DNA of 64,000 nucleotides. Source: Leucoraja erinacea (lineage: Eukaryota). The notes under the pieces are model-generated. The model worked only from the letters and a program-made list of their open reading frames with translations. It was not told the DNA's origin and did no database searches. A program made the translations under genes and the position numbers. Positions 13,901-25,743 of the stretch are shown one piece after another (positions within the stretch are counted from its first letter, which is position 1; the number at the start of each line of letters is the position of its first letter). The DNA lies in contig NC_073400.1 in assembly GCF_028641065.1 (NCBI RefSeq), forward strand, positions 29,636,001-29,700,000. The letters are read 5' to 3'.

Positions 13901-16900
13901 CAGCGGTAGAGTTGCTGCCTGTTTTTAAATTTAAAAAATGTATTCAATTCTTAAATAAATAATATTACACTACAATAAAACAAACCAGATCCCACCACCA
14001 TAGTACAATACAAACAAATATCCTTAATAAACTACTGTACAGAGTTGCTGCCTTATCGCCAGTGGCCCTGGTTTGTTCCTGATTACGGGTGCTGTCTGTG
14101 TGGAGTTTGTACGTTCTCCCTTTGACCGCATGGGTTTTCACCGGGTGCTCCAGTTTCCTCCCACATCCCAAAGACGTGCGGGTTTGTGAGTTAATTGACT
14201 TTGGTAAAATTGTAAATTGGCCCTAGTGTGAGGGATAGTGCTAGTGTGCGGGATGATCACTGGTTGGCGTGGACTCGATGGGCCTAAGGGCCTGCTTCCG
14301 CGCTGCAACTCTTAAGTCTAAAGATTAAAATCTAAATGAAGAACCAGCTTAGAGAAATGTATAACTGAGGGGAATGGTATGGATATGGAATAGGGGTAAC
14401 ACAGTGTTTCCCCACAGCGCCAGAGACCTTGGTTCGATCCTGACTGCGGGTGCTGTCTGTCTGGAGTTTGTACGTTCCCCCTGTGACCACGTGGGTTTTC
14501 TCCAGGTGCTCCGGTTTCCTCCCATATCCCAAAGACGTGCATGTTTATAGGTTAATTGGCTTCTGTAAATTGTCCCTAGTGGCTAGGATTGAACTAGAAT
14601 GAACGGGTGACAGTTGGTCGGCGTGGACTCGGTGGGCCGAAGCGCCTCTTGCCACGCTGAATCTCTAAACCTAAAAATTAAAAACTACTGGAATTAAATA
14701 AATGCAAAGGAGTTGCCTGCAACTTTGACTGTACCGAGAGGTTAGAAAGTGGTACCATACATTAAATCAGAAATAATAAGATCTTGCATAATTGTTCATT
14801 GTTATCTTTCATGTTTCTCTGATATGCGAGCCGATATGTCTGCAATTATTTTAATGATTTTCTCTTTTTCTTAACCGCCAAGGTTTTTCTTAATAATCGG
14901 ACTAGTCTTCGGAATATTAACGATTATGTTTATCGGACTCCTGTTCCTGGTTATCAGAAAAATTAGAAAGAACAAAAATAATGGTAAGTTCAGAAACTAA
15001 TGCAAGGTCAAACCTTGTTTCAATGGCACACACTAACCTAGGTTTTAAATGGATGTGGACACAAGGAACTGTAGATGTTGGGAACATGCATAGAGCAAGA
15101 GGGCCCGGATAGCTCAGTCGGTAGAGCATCAGACTTTTAATCTGAGGGTCCAGGGTTCAAGTCCCTGTTCGGGCGTTCATTTTTAGGGCGGGCCGGTGGC
15201 GCAGCGGTAGAGTTGCCGCCTCACATGCCAGTGACCCGGGTTCGATCCAGCGGGTTCTTGTCTGTACGGAGTTTGCACGTTCTCCCCATGACCTGCGTGG
15301 GTTTGCTCATGGATCTCCGGTTTTCTCCCACACTCCAAAGACCTACAGATTTGTAGGTTAATTGGCTCGGTATAATTGTAAATTGCCCCTAGTGTGTACA
15401 ATAGTGGAAGTGTGCAGGGATCGCTGGTTGGCGCGGACTCGGTGGGCCAAAGGGCCTGATTCCGCACTGTATCTCTAAACTAAAAAAACTAAACATGAAG
15501 TGCAGGAGTAACTCAGTGGGTCAGGCAGCATCTCTGGAGGAAATAATGTGTCGGAATGAACTGTAGATGCTGGTTTAAACAGAAGATAGACACAAAATGT
15601 TGGAGGAACAACATCTAATCCTTTGCTGGGGTGGCTTACAGCCCAATGGTACGAATATTGATTTCTCTAACTTCAAGTAAACTCAGCATTCCCTCTCTCT
15701 CTCTATCCCTCCCCCACCCAAGTTGCTCCAGCCTTGTTTTCACCTAACAGCTAACAATAGCCTGTTTCCTTTATCATGGTCAAGAAGGAACTGCAGCTGC
15801 TGGAGAATCATGGTTTATCATGGTTACTTTTTTGAATATCTTTCACTCATTGTTCTTTGTCTCTCTGCATCTTCGTGTATATCTCTCGTTTCCCTTTCCC
15901 CTGACTAGTCTGAAGGGTCTTGACCTGAAACGTCACCCATTCCCTTTCTCCAGAGATGCTGCCAGTCCCGCTGGAGAATGGGGTGGGATGTTACCTAAAA
16001 TTAAAGAATTCAATGTCCATGTCGTTAAGTTGTAAGCTACCCAAACAGAATTTAAAGCATTGTTTTAATGGTTGAGTCTTGGTTTGCAATGATCTAAACA
16101 CATCTGCACTTGAGAACTATGTGCATGTTGTCAGGCAGAAATCTCCTCATATTTTTATTTCAATAACCTCATATTTTTTTATTTCGTTCTGGCATAGATC
16201 TCATTAAAGGGGTCTGCCAGAATTGCTGAAACCTCCTGTATCTCTTTGGAAGAATAGGAGTTCTGTTACTCTGTCTGTCTATTCAGTACAATATAATGGT
16301 GACATGATTGCCACTAGCGTTGAGACAATTTGTGTGTGGTACAAAGCTGCATGCATTGTTCCTTGCTGACGGTCTTAAAATCTTAGAGAGTCACGTGAGC
16401 TGCACAAAGGTGATTTTCATGTGCTAATTAAAAGGACCATTTGTCAGCAGTCTCTCAGAGTCAAGTCCACCCCCAGTCTGGTACTGTGCAAAGAAACAAA
16501 ACAGCTATACTTTCTCGAACAATTATCAACACACGAGATGAGTGAGCTGGCTAATATGAAATGATTCTTTTGTTAATAAAACAGGCCCTGAGAGTTCAGC
16601 AGCATCCTCTCTTTCTGCGCCCCCTCCGTGATTCCTCCTGCTCTCCCACACTACGACCACGTATATCTTTCGTTAATTTGTTCTATACATCTCTCGTTTC
16701 TCTTTCCCCCGACTGTCTGAAGAAGAGCCTCGACCCAAAACATTACCTATTCCGTTACTCCAGAGATGCCGTCTGAACCGCTGAGTTACTCCAGCTTTTT
16801 GTGTCTATCATCAGTTTAAACCAGCATCTGCAGTTCCTTCCTACACATATCATCTGCTTCACTGTCAAATCTCCTCAAGGAATGCCTACTTTGAAGAAGT

Positions 16901-19900
16901 TCTCCTCCTCCCTCCGTCGAGAGTTCTGCAACATCCTCTTGCTGCTCCCCCTCTGTGAGTCCTCGTGCTCACCAACTCTATGACCACGCATATCTTTCAT
17001 TCATTTGTTCTCTATCTCTCTATATCTCGTTTCCTTTTCCCAAGACCCTCAGTCTGAAGAAGGGTCTTGACCCGAAACACCACCTACAGTATTCCTTTTG
17101 TCCAGAGATGCTGCCTGACCCGCTGAGTTACTCCACCTTTTTGTGTCCATCTCCTGTTTTACTACCTGCTAAGTAATCTTGTTTGATAGAAACATAGAAA
17201 AATACGTGCGGGAGTAGGCCATTCGGCCCTTCGAGCCAGCACCGCCATTCAATATGATCATGGCTGATCATCCAAAATCAGTACCCCCGTTCCTGCTTTT
17301 TCCCCATATCCCTCGATTCCTTTAGCCCTAAGAGTTAAATCTAACTCTCTTTTGAAACTATGCAGTGAATTGGCCTCCACTTCCTTCTGCGACAGAGAAT
17401 TCCACAGATTCACAACATAGAAACATAGAAATTAGGTGCAGGAGTAGGCCATTCGGCCCTTCGAGCCTGCACCGCCATTGAATATGATCATGGCTGATCA
17501 TCCAACTCAGTATCCCGTACCTGCCTTCTCTCCATACCCCCTGATTCCCTTAGCCACAAGGGCCACATCTAACTCCCTCTTAAATATAGCCAATGAACTG
17601 GCCTCAACTACCCTCTGTGGCAGAGAGTTCCAGAGATTCACCACTCTCTGTGTGAAACAACTCTCTGGGTAAAAAAAAAAAATTCCTCATCTCAATCCTA
17701 AATGGCCTACCCCTTATTCGTAAACTGTGACCCCTGGTTCTGGTCTCCCCCAATGGCTTGTTAAATTATATATTGATGTTCTGTTAGGAGTTAGTTTTTT
17801 GTGCCTCTGTTTAGTTTGAGCAGCAAGGTATGTAGATTAGGCAGAAATTACTGTATATTACTACAAAATACCAAAATATCAATTATAAACCCAAGACACA
17901 GTTCAATTCTTTAGATTAAATTATTTCTGTATAAAATTCTGTCTTTGGTTTATATTTAGGATTATTATTGTCACGTACTGAGGTACAGTGAAAAGCTTTG
18001 GTTTGCATGCTATCCAACCAGATCACATAATACTACACATAAATACAATCGTCAAACATAAGTACCATAGGTAGAGCAAAGGAGAAGATACAGAGTGCAG
18101 AATATAGTTCTCAGCATTGTAGAGCATCAGTTTCAGAGGCAAAGTTCAATGTCTGTAATGGGGGAGAGGCGAATCGAACAGTACCTTAGCTTAAGGAAGC
18201 TACCATTCAAAAGGCTAATAAAAGAGGAAAAGAAGCCGTTGCTGAGTCTGGTGATGCGCCACTTCAGGCTTCTGTATCTTTTGCCTGACGGGAGCAGGGA
18301 AAAAAAAGAATGACCAGGGTGGGACAAGACTTTGATTATGTTGGTTGCTTTTCCGAGGCAGCGTGAAGTGTAGATGGAGTCAATGGTGGGAGTCTGGGCT
18401 ACATCTACAACTCTCTGCGATTTTCTGCCGTCTTAGGCAGGGCTGTTCCCAAACTAAGCTGGGACGCAAGCTAACAGTATGCTTTCTGCGTTGCATCATG
18501 TTAAGTAAATAGGAGAGTGTGTCTAAGCACAGCAAACGACAAGGGAAGTCATTGTTGAGTAACAGATCTCATCCTGCCCAATTAACACAAATGATCCAAA
18601 ACAACTTTCAACTAATCTGACAGCATGGTGGCACAGCAGTAGAGTTGCTGCCTTACAGCAGCAGAGACCCGGGTTAGATCCTGACTACAGGTGCTGTAGT
18701 TTGTACGTTATCCCTGTGACCTGCATGCGTTTTCTCCGGGTGCTCCGCCGGTTTCCTCCCACACTCCAAAGACGTATAAATTTGTAAGGTATTTGGCTTG
18801 GTATAATTGTAAATTGCCCCTAATGTGTAGGATAGTGTTAGTGTACGGGGATCGCTAGTCGGCGTGGACACAGTGGGCAGAAGGACGTGTTTCCGCGCTG
18901 TATCTCTAAAACTAAAACTGAAAAACTAATCAGCATCACACCTGGATGATAATTGCTGATCTGACTCTATCTTTAAAGCTCGGCCTTTGCATTTAATTGT
19001 TCTCAGGTGCGAGTGAACGTGTGGATGGCTGTAAAGTGGAATTTAAAGGAATGCAGGAGATTGAAGGTGAAGGGACAGGTGAGTGGGCCAAGTTTTTTAA
19101 AAGACCAGGAAATCTTAGTATTACACAGTGGCGCAGTGGTAGAGTTGCTGCCTCGCACCACAAGAGACCAAGGTCCGATCCTGACTACGGGTGCTGTCTG
19201 TAAGGAGTCAGTACATTCTCCCGGTGTCTGTGAGGGTTTTCTCTGGGTGCTCCGGTTTCCTCCAACATCCCAAAAACATACAGGTTTGTGAGTTAATTGG
19301 CTTCGGTAAATTGTAAATGGCCCCGAATGCGCTCGATGGTGCTAGTTTACGGGTTGATCAATAGTCAGCGCGGACTCGGTGGGTCGAAGGGCCTGTTTCC
19401 ACACCGTGTCACTCTATGACTCTTTATTAACACAGCATCTATTTAGGTTTTTCTTTTAACATTTGGGTATGCATGCTAAAAAAAAAACAGTGCATTTTAG
19501 AAATTACATTTGACAAAAAATGTTTTAAATGTTTTCGATTGGCACGACTTAATATCTTTGTGTTTTTTTTAGATAAGAAGGAAGGCGACTCAACAATAGA
19601 GAACTCCGTCCCGAAGTCAAACTCTATGGTAAGGCCTACAAACTTTTGGCAACATTGGAAGTTTCAGTGCCTGCAAAATTATTTAAGGGGCGCGTTGCAA
19701 TTGTGATACACATCTTCTTTATTTGCAATTAAGATATCTCGGTCAAAATTTTTTATTTACTATTGTAATCAAAGTTGTAAACCTTCTCAGAATAGAGAAA
19801 CCAAAATTTAAAATGTGAGCCAAAGATCGACACAAAATGCTGGAGTATCTCAGCGGGATAGGCAGCATCTCTGGAGAGAAGGAATGGGTGACCCTTCTTC

Positions 19901-22900
19901 AGTCCCGTCTCCACCCGAAACGTCACCCATTCCATATAACCATATAACAATTTCAGCACGGAAATTCCCTACCATTTACCATGTACGTCCTATTTTGATT
20001 TGTCCTGCCATTTATCCATTTATCCTCACATTTATCAGCATTAAACTCCATCTGCCATCTTTCAGCCCATTCTTCCAAATGGCCTAAATCACTCTGTAGA
20101 CTTTGGAAATCCTCTTCATTATCCACAACACCCCCTATCTTGATATCATCTGCATACTTACTAATCCAATTTACCACACCTTCATCCAGATCATTGATGT
20201 ACATGACAAACAACATAGGACCCAACCCAGATCCCCGAGGCACCCCAGAAGGCATTCCTTCTGTCCAGAGATGCTGCTGAGTTACCCCAGCATTTTGTGT
20301 CGATCTTTGGTTTCAACCAGCATCTGCAGTTCCTTCCGACACATTTAAAATGTGAGCTACATCTCACCTTAAACATGCCATAGGTAATGCTGGAGAAACT
20401 CAGCGGGTGAGGCAGCATCCTCCGATGATGCTGCCTCACCCGCTGAGTTCCTCCAGCATTTTTGTCTACCTTCAATTTTTCCAGCATCTGCAGTTCTTTC
20501 TTAAACATGCCATAGATCAACCCTGGGGAGGATAGATTTAAAAAGTCCCTGGTAAATCTGTCCCTGCTTACCTCAAATTTTTAACCTCTAATTTTAAATT
20601 CCCCTACCCTGGGATAAAGATTGTGAATCTAGGTCCCTGACCATTTTATACACCCCCTCAAACTCCTCTGCTCCAGAGAAATAAGTCTCAGCTTATCCAT
20701 CATCTCTGGGTGACCACAACAGTTCATGCATTCCAATATAATATCTTTACTTTTTTTTACTGTATTTCTTTGAATTGACTAAATGTGTTGATGTACTATA
20801 ATTATTAAATGTTCCATTCCTGCCACTCACACTCATGATTGATGGATGCAGCATGGAAACAGGCCCTTTGGTCCACCGAGTCCATGCCAGCCATCTATCA
20901 TCTGTTCACGCTAACTTAGTTTAGTTTATTATTGTCACATGTACCGAGGTACAGTGAAAAGCATTTTTGTTATCCAGTCAGCGAAAAGACTATACATGAT
21001 GACATCTACAGTCTGAAGAAGGGTTCCAACATGAAACTTCACCTATTTCTATTCTCCAAAGATGCTGCCTGACCCACTCTGTAACTCCAGCAGTTTGTGT
21101 CTATCTTTGGTATAGGCCAGCATCAGCTGTTCCTTCCTACACATACATGGTTACAATCAAGTTCTATACAAGACCACTTGTGATCCACTCCCGACACACT
21201 AAGTAGGTATGTTACAAAACCTACCCGAATCGTCATTGGGAATCTGCCCTCAGCCATGTCCGCGATTTTGGCGCTGCTTGGAGGGGGCGGGTTTAAAACG
21301 CGATTTTTACTAGGCTGTACTAATCGCAGATGTTCAGCCTAGTAAATCATTAACGAAAAATCGCTGCAAGACCCGGTCGCAAAAGGTATTATTAGTTTTA
21401 TAGGCCTCGATAATATAGTTATAATAGTTTTAAAATTACTGTCTCATTCCGCAACCTCTCGCAGCCCCAGGGTTTTATAAAGCAAACAATTAAAGGTATG
21501 TACCTTATTTTTACATTAAATGGGGCATATATATAACCCTGTAATTAAAGTTATCTATAGCGAGTAGTTCATTTTGGGCTTTTTATATCCCGCAGTATTT
21601 TTCTCGGCATTTGAGGGCACTAATCCAGCGCGATGTCAACGTTCTAAACCAGCGCGTTCACAGAAACCCACTAGAAAGCCGATTTAAATGGGCATTTATT
21701 TACAGCAATTGAACACTAAATTCCTTCCATTTGGCCTATAAATTAATGTAAATTAGATATAAAAATCATGTTATATTGTGAATTATTTGTGAATAATCTT
21801 TGGACACTTAGGCTATTTAAAAATGTTAATCTTTCCTTAAGAAATGGGCTTTTGACTATCCAAGATCACAGCTTTTTTGTAATGTCCATTGAAAATCAAT
21901 AGGGAACAAGATGCTAATTTCCGAGTATGAAAATGGCCATAACTTTTTTAATACTTGAGATATGAAAGTGAATTTGGTGTCAAATTAAACTTATTGTTAT
22001 GCTTTATCTGATGGGATAAATTGCAGACTTGATTTTTAAAATCTCAAAATTTTGTAACATTGCTACACTAAGGGAAATTTGCAGAGGCCAATTAGCCTGC
22101 ATAGGGAGATCTTGAAAGAACTGCCAACAACCGAGTGAGGTGGAGGACATTTGTCAATGGCCTATGCTCTCAAGAGGAGCAAAGGGTTTAAGAAGAAGAA
22201 GAATTAGCCTACAAACCCGCATGTCGTTGGGATGTGGGAGGAAACCAGAGAACTTGGAGGAAACCCACGCGGTTCACAGGGAGAACGTGCAAATCCCTTG
22301 TGCTCTGGCGCTGCAGCACTCACTCTTCTGACCCATAATTTCATATTTTGTTATAAGATAGATGAACACCATTTCGGACCATCAAGTCTACGCTAACTCT
22401 CAGGGCTATCATATTTAGTCAATGCACAAACATCTGCTTTACTCTGGCTGCTGAACCTTTCCTATTAATCAAAAGCTTTGCCCTCAGATGAATCCCAGTC
22501 CCGTTCACCTTTATCAGTTCAATGTCCTGATTGTACGTTCAGCCAAGCCTCTCCAGTTCAACAACTCCTCCCATGGAAACATGATAACAACCAGATAATC
22601 TCTTTTCACTTTTCTCTGAGCAGTATGGGTTAAGGACAAACTATTGGCAACGACGTCAATTGCAGCTCTCCTGCTCTTTTACTAGGTAAACCCTGGGGAT
22701 TTTTATGTAGATACCAAAAACTGCACATGCTGGATAATACACAAAAAGACACAAAGAGTTTAGTTTAGTTTAGAGATACAGTGCGGAAACAGGCCCTTCG
22801 GTCCATGCCGACCACCAATCCCCATACACTCGCACTATCCTACACACTAAGGACAATTTACAATTTTCACCGAAGCTAATTAACCTGCAAACCTGCACGT

Positions 22901-25743
22901 CTTTGGAGTGTGGCAGGAAACTAGAGCACCCAGGGAAAACCTACGCAGTCGTGGGGAGAATGTACAAACTCTAGACAGACAGCACCTGGTGCTGTAAGCA
23001 GCAACTCTACTGCAGCGCCACCTTGCCACCCCACTTATAGGTGACGTTTCAGATCAAGACCCTTCTTCAGATATGTTAGCTTCAAAGTCTGAAGAAGGGT
23101 CTAAATCTGTAATGTAATCTATCCATGTTCTCCAGTGATGCTGCCTGACCCGCTGAGTTACTCCAGCCCTTTGTGGCCTTTCATGGGATTCTTCTGTCAA
23201 TTTGAGAGTGTGTAATGATCCTTGGATTAAGATTCATCCCATTTTCCTCTGCCTACGGTTTCCTCTACTTGACAATTGAACCATCCACCCACAAGAGTGG
23301 TCCTGACCTCCCATCCACCTCATTGGAGACCTTTGATCTATCTTCAATTGGACTTTATCTTGCACTAAAATTTATTCTGTATCTGTACAATAGACAATAG
23401 ACAATAGGTGCAGGAGTAGGCCATTCGGCCCTTCGAACCAGCACTGCCATTCAATGTGATCATGGCAGATCATTCTCAAACACTGTGGACGACTTGATTG
23501 TAATCATGCAGAGAAGCCACAGACCCATATGTCCCAAAGTCATATTGGTTTGTATGTTAATTGGCTTCTGTAAAATTGTCCCCAGCGTGTGAGATAGAAC
23601 ACTTGTTAGCAAGCAGGAACTTGGCGGGCAGAAGGACTTCCATGTTGTAAATCCAAACTAAATTAAACTATATCAATATCAAACTTGGTTACTTGAATTT
23701 AGTTTAGAGATACAGCATGAAAACAGACCCTTTGGCTCACCCATGCCAACCACCAAGCACCCATTCATACTCTTTCTATGTTATCCCACTTTCTCATTCA
23801 CTCCCTGCACATTAGGAACAAAGTTTTTAACGGAGCCCAGGAAACCTACAAAGTTGCACATCTTTGTTAATCAACAACTTTCTTTCTTGTACAAATGTTA
23901 TTGGCTCCAGCACCACTGTTTGTTTTACTGGGAAATATATTATTGCTAGAGCCAGCAGTTTAGTTTGTTGGACAAAAGTACATCTTCAATTAATCAGGTT
24001 TCACTTTTTCCATGCATATTTTTTTTAAAAATAGGTGCAGGGGTAGGCCATTCAGCCCTTCGAGCCATTCAATATGTTCGGAGAAGGCAGGAATGGAGTA
24101 CTGATTGGGGATGATCAGCCATGATCACATTGAATGGCGATGCTGGCTCGAAGGGCCGAATGGCCTACTCCTGCACCTATTGTCTATTGTCTATCTAGAA
24201 TCAGTACACTGTTCCTGCTTTCTCCCCATATCCCTTGATTCCGTTAGCCCAAAGAGCTAAATCTAACTTTCTCTTGAAAACATCCAGTGAATTGGCCTTC
24301 ACTGCCTTCTGTGGCAGAGAATTCCACAGATTCGCAACTCTCTGGCTGAAAATGTTTTTCATCATCTCAGTCCTAAATGGCCTTATATCCTTAAACTGTG
24401 ATCCCTGGTTCTGGACTCCCCCAAAATCGGGGAACATTTTTCCTGCCTGTCCAATCCCTTAAGAATTTTATATGTTTCTATAGATCCCCTCTCGTCCATA
24501 TCTAAGTGTCTAAATCTCTACTCTATCTGCAGTAAGTGTGTTCAATTCAAAACTAGTCCCAAGCTGCACAAATCCACTGTCTAAATTCTGGGGAGCAGGG
24601 AACCTCTGGGAATTAGTTTAGTTTTGTTTTAGTTTAGTTTATTATTGTCATGTGGCCTGGGGTACAGTGAAAAGCGTTTTTGTTGCGTGCTATCGAGTCA
24701 GCAGCAAGACGAGACATGATTACAATGTACAGATACAGAATAAAGGGTATAACGTTTAGTTCAAGTCCAGAAAAGTCCAATTAAGGATAGATCAAAAGTC
24801 TTCAATGAGGTAGACGGGAGGTCAGGACCGCTCTCGTTGGTGAGAGGTTGGTTTAGCTGTTGAATAGAGAAAAACAGGGAGAATATACAAACTTCGTACA
24901 TGGATATGTGACAGTTCCGAGTCGGGACCCTTCTTCAGACCCTTCGCCAGAGTCCAAGAAGGGTCCCGACCAGAAACGTCACCCGTCCAAGTTCTCCAGA
25001 AATGCTGCCTGACCCACTGAGTTACTCCGGCACTCTGGGCGGGTTTTTTTTGTAAGGCAGCAACTGCAGAACTTCCGCTCGATTCGCAATAACCAACCTG
25101 ATCTCCCGGTGGCTCAGCACTTCAACTCCGCCTCCCGATCAGAATCCAACCTTTCTGTCTTGGGCCTACTCAATGGCCAGAGTGAGGCCTACCGAAAAAT
25201 TGGAGGAGCAGCACCTCATATTTCGCTTGGGCAGTTTGCACCCCAGCGGTATGAACATTGACTTCTCTAATTTCAGGTAGTCCCTCCTTTCTCCTCCCCT
25301 TCTCAGCTCTCCCTCAGCCCACTGTCTCCGCCTATTCCTTTCTTCTTCCCGCCCCCCACCAGTCTGAAGAAGGGTCTCAACCCGAAATATAGCCTATTAC
25401 TTCGCTCCATAGATGCTACCTCACCCGCTGAGTTTCTCCAGCATTTTTGTCTACTTTCGATTTTCCAGCATCTGCAGTTCCTTCTTAAACCTCTGCAGTT
25501 CCCTTGTTTCTAACACATCGGTTTTGTTTCTTTCCTTCTCAATGTCCGCAGTTGGCCAAAGAGATGGAAGCCGGAGTTACCTACGCCACCGTGGCAATCA
25601 AGCAGAGCAACAACCACCAGGAAGACTCCACCATGTACGATAACGTCAACCCCCCCAAGGTTCAAGAAGAGAAAAAGCCGCCGGTTACCGAGCCTCCAAA
25701 CGCAGAACCGTTAGAGTATTCGACAATTGCATTCAAAAAGTAA
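4867..25743 (+). CDS. Gene 1: CD300/pIgR-family (CMRF35-like, CD300f-like) single-IgV inhibitory receptor; join(4867..4906,8809..9144,10806..10842,14883..14983,19573..19628,25552..25743), 253 aa
   Basis: All introns are GT-AG with compatible phases (1,1,2,1,0), giving a 762-nt open frame: signal peptide, IgV with YWC-x7-C, short stalk, hydrophobic TM, tail with three Tyr motifs. Confidence 0.88.
8059..8156. repeat. 33-bp minisatellite, three copies
   Basis: gtactccacgtgtacaacaccacagcctaggct-like unit; appears as an 11-aa periodicity in ORF 7977..8249. Confidence 0.8.
8180..8718 (+). mobile_element. Tx1/L1-clade LINE ORF2 3' fragment
   Basis: Degenerate C..C..ESVFHVYMEC zinc-knuckle-like region followed by LQPLFHYLKGLL..LLLGLAKLAI.., then an AT-rich 3' end with an A-run. 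Confidence 0.7.
8809..9144 (+). CDS. Gene 1 exon 2, Ig V domain of CD300/pIgR/TREM type
   Basis: ctctcAG acceptor; VTHADINGP...VEITC...KYWCKGYYRRSC...DKGWYWCGIE...LNVRE; B- and F-strand Cys, C-strand Trp and extra C-x7-C pair; AAG|GTAAG donor. Confidence 0.95.
9639..10140. mobile_element. Non-autonomous hAT-type DNA transposon (MITE)
   Basis: 13-bp TIRs TAGGGTTGCCAAC/GTTGGCAACCCTA; 8-bp TSD gtttcggg (9631..9638) / gtttcagg (10141..10148). Confidence 0.88.
10806..10842 (+). CDS. Gene 1 exon 3, short stalk AQALLPSDKERLR
   Basis: ttttaccAG acceptor, AAG|GTAAA donor; the 37-nt exon converts phase 1 to the phase 2 the TM exon needs. Confidence 0.72.
13237..13441. mobile_element. Partial MITE with related AAGTGGGACAGGCC terminus
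   Basis: Shares the terminal motif with the 4028 and 58487 elements but has a different interior; left end truncated. Confidence 0.5.
13591..13618 (+). ncRNA. Minimal hammerhead-ribozyme-like motif in a Penelope-type repeat (representative copy)
   Basis: CTGAAGA-a-GGGT(CTCG)ACCT-GAAA-CGTC: hammerhead core boxes around stem II, with palindromic ACGT as minimal stem III. Confidence 0.55.
14883..14983 (+). CDS. Gene 1 exon 4, transmembrane FFLIIGLVFGILTIMFIGLLFLVI-RKIRKNKNN
   Basis: Polypyrimidine tract plus AG, 24 uncharged hydrophobic residues then a basic stop-transfer cluster, ATG|GTAAG donor. Confidence 0.9.
15103..15175 (+). tRNA. trnK-UUU: tRNA-Lys(TTT), 73 nt
   Basis: GCCCGGATAGCTCAGTCGGTAGAGCATCAGACTTTTAATCTGAGGGTCCAGGGTTCAAGTCCCTGTTCGGGCG; full cloverleaf, anticodon TTT at 15136..15138; matches vertebrate tRNA-Lys3 as I recall it. 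Confidence 0.97.
15180..15184 (+). terminator. Pol III terminator (T5) of the tRNA-Lys gene
   Basis: TTTTT 4 nt after the discriminator base. Confidence 0.75.
15188..15495 (+). mobile_element. tRNA-derived SINE (HE1/V-SINE-like)
   Basis: ggtggcgcagcggtagag A-box, gggttcgatcc B-box, conserved core, (ctaaa)n tail. Confidence 0.85.
17188..17752 (-). mobile_element. Two nested CR1 3' ends
   Basis: Two (catagaaa)n tails at about 17188 and 17415, each followed by CR1 3'UTR/ORF2-end sequence. Confidence 0.8.
17960..18497 (-). mobile_element. Rex1/Babar-like LINE 3' fragment
   Basis: Peptide SHPGHSFFSLLPSGKRYRSL..TRL.NGFF. Confidence 0.7.
18622..18930 (+). mobile_element. tRNA-derived SINE (HE1/V-SINE-like)
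   Basis: Same head, core and tail as 15188..15495. Confidence 0.85.
19573..19628 (+). CDS. Gene 1 exon 5, cytoplasmic DKKEGDSTIENSVPKSNSM
   Basis: T-run + AG acceptor, ATG|GTAAG donor; 56 nt, phase 1 to 0, same size as the matching gene 2 exon. Confidence 0.8.
19934..20250 (-). mobile_element. CR1 RT-core fragment nested in a Penelope-type repeat
   Basis: GVPRGSGLGPMLF..YINDL..KYADD reverse-transcriptase motifs. Confidence 0.85.
21204..22065. mobile_element. Non-autonomous DNA transposon, 862 bp
   Basis: TIRs TAGGTATGTTACAAAA/TTTTGTAACATTGCTA (14/16); direct repeat cactaag at 21197..21203 and 22066..22072. Confidence 0.85.
25071..25500 (+). mobile_element. Penelope-like element 3' end (GIY-YIG C-terminus plus pLTR)
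   Basis: Frameshifted peptide ..DLPVAQHFNS..LEEQHLIFRLGSLHPSGMNIDFSNFR*, then CTGAAGAAGGGTCTCAACCCGAAA and the common ..ccagcatctgcagttcc tail. Confidence 0.75.
25552..25743 (+). CDS. Gene 1 exon 6, terminal cytoplasmic exon with ITIM/ITSM-like motifs
   Basis: ccgcAG acceptor; LAKEMEAG-VTYATV-...-TMYDNV-...-LEYSTI-AFKK*. Confidence 0.9.
   Translation: MAKEMEAGVTYATVAIKQSNNHQEDSTMYDNVNPPKVQEEKKPPVTEPPNAEPLEYSTIAFKK

Noticed and set aside
13888-14680. SINE heads as additional tRNA genes
   Set aside because: A/B boxes are present but there is no full cloverleaf, and they run into SINE core and tail.
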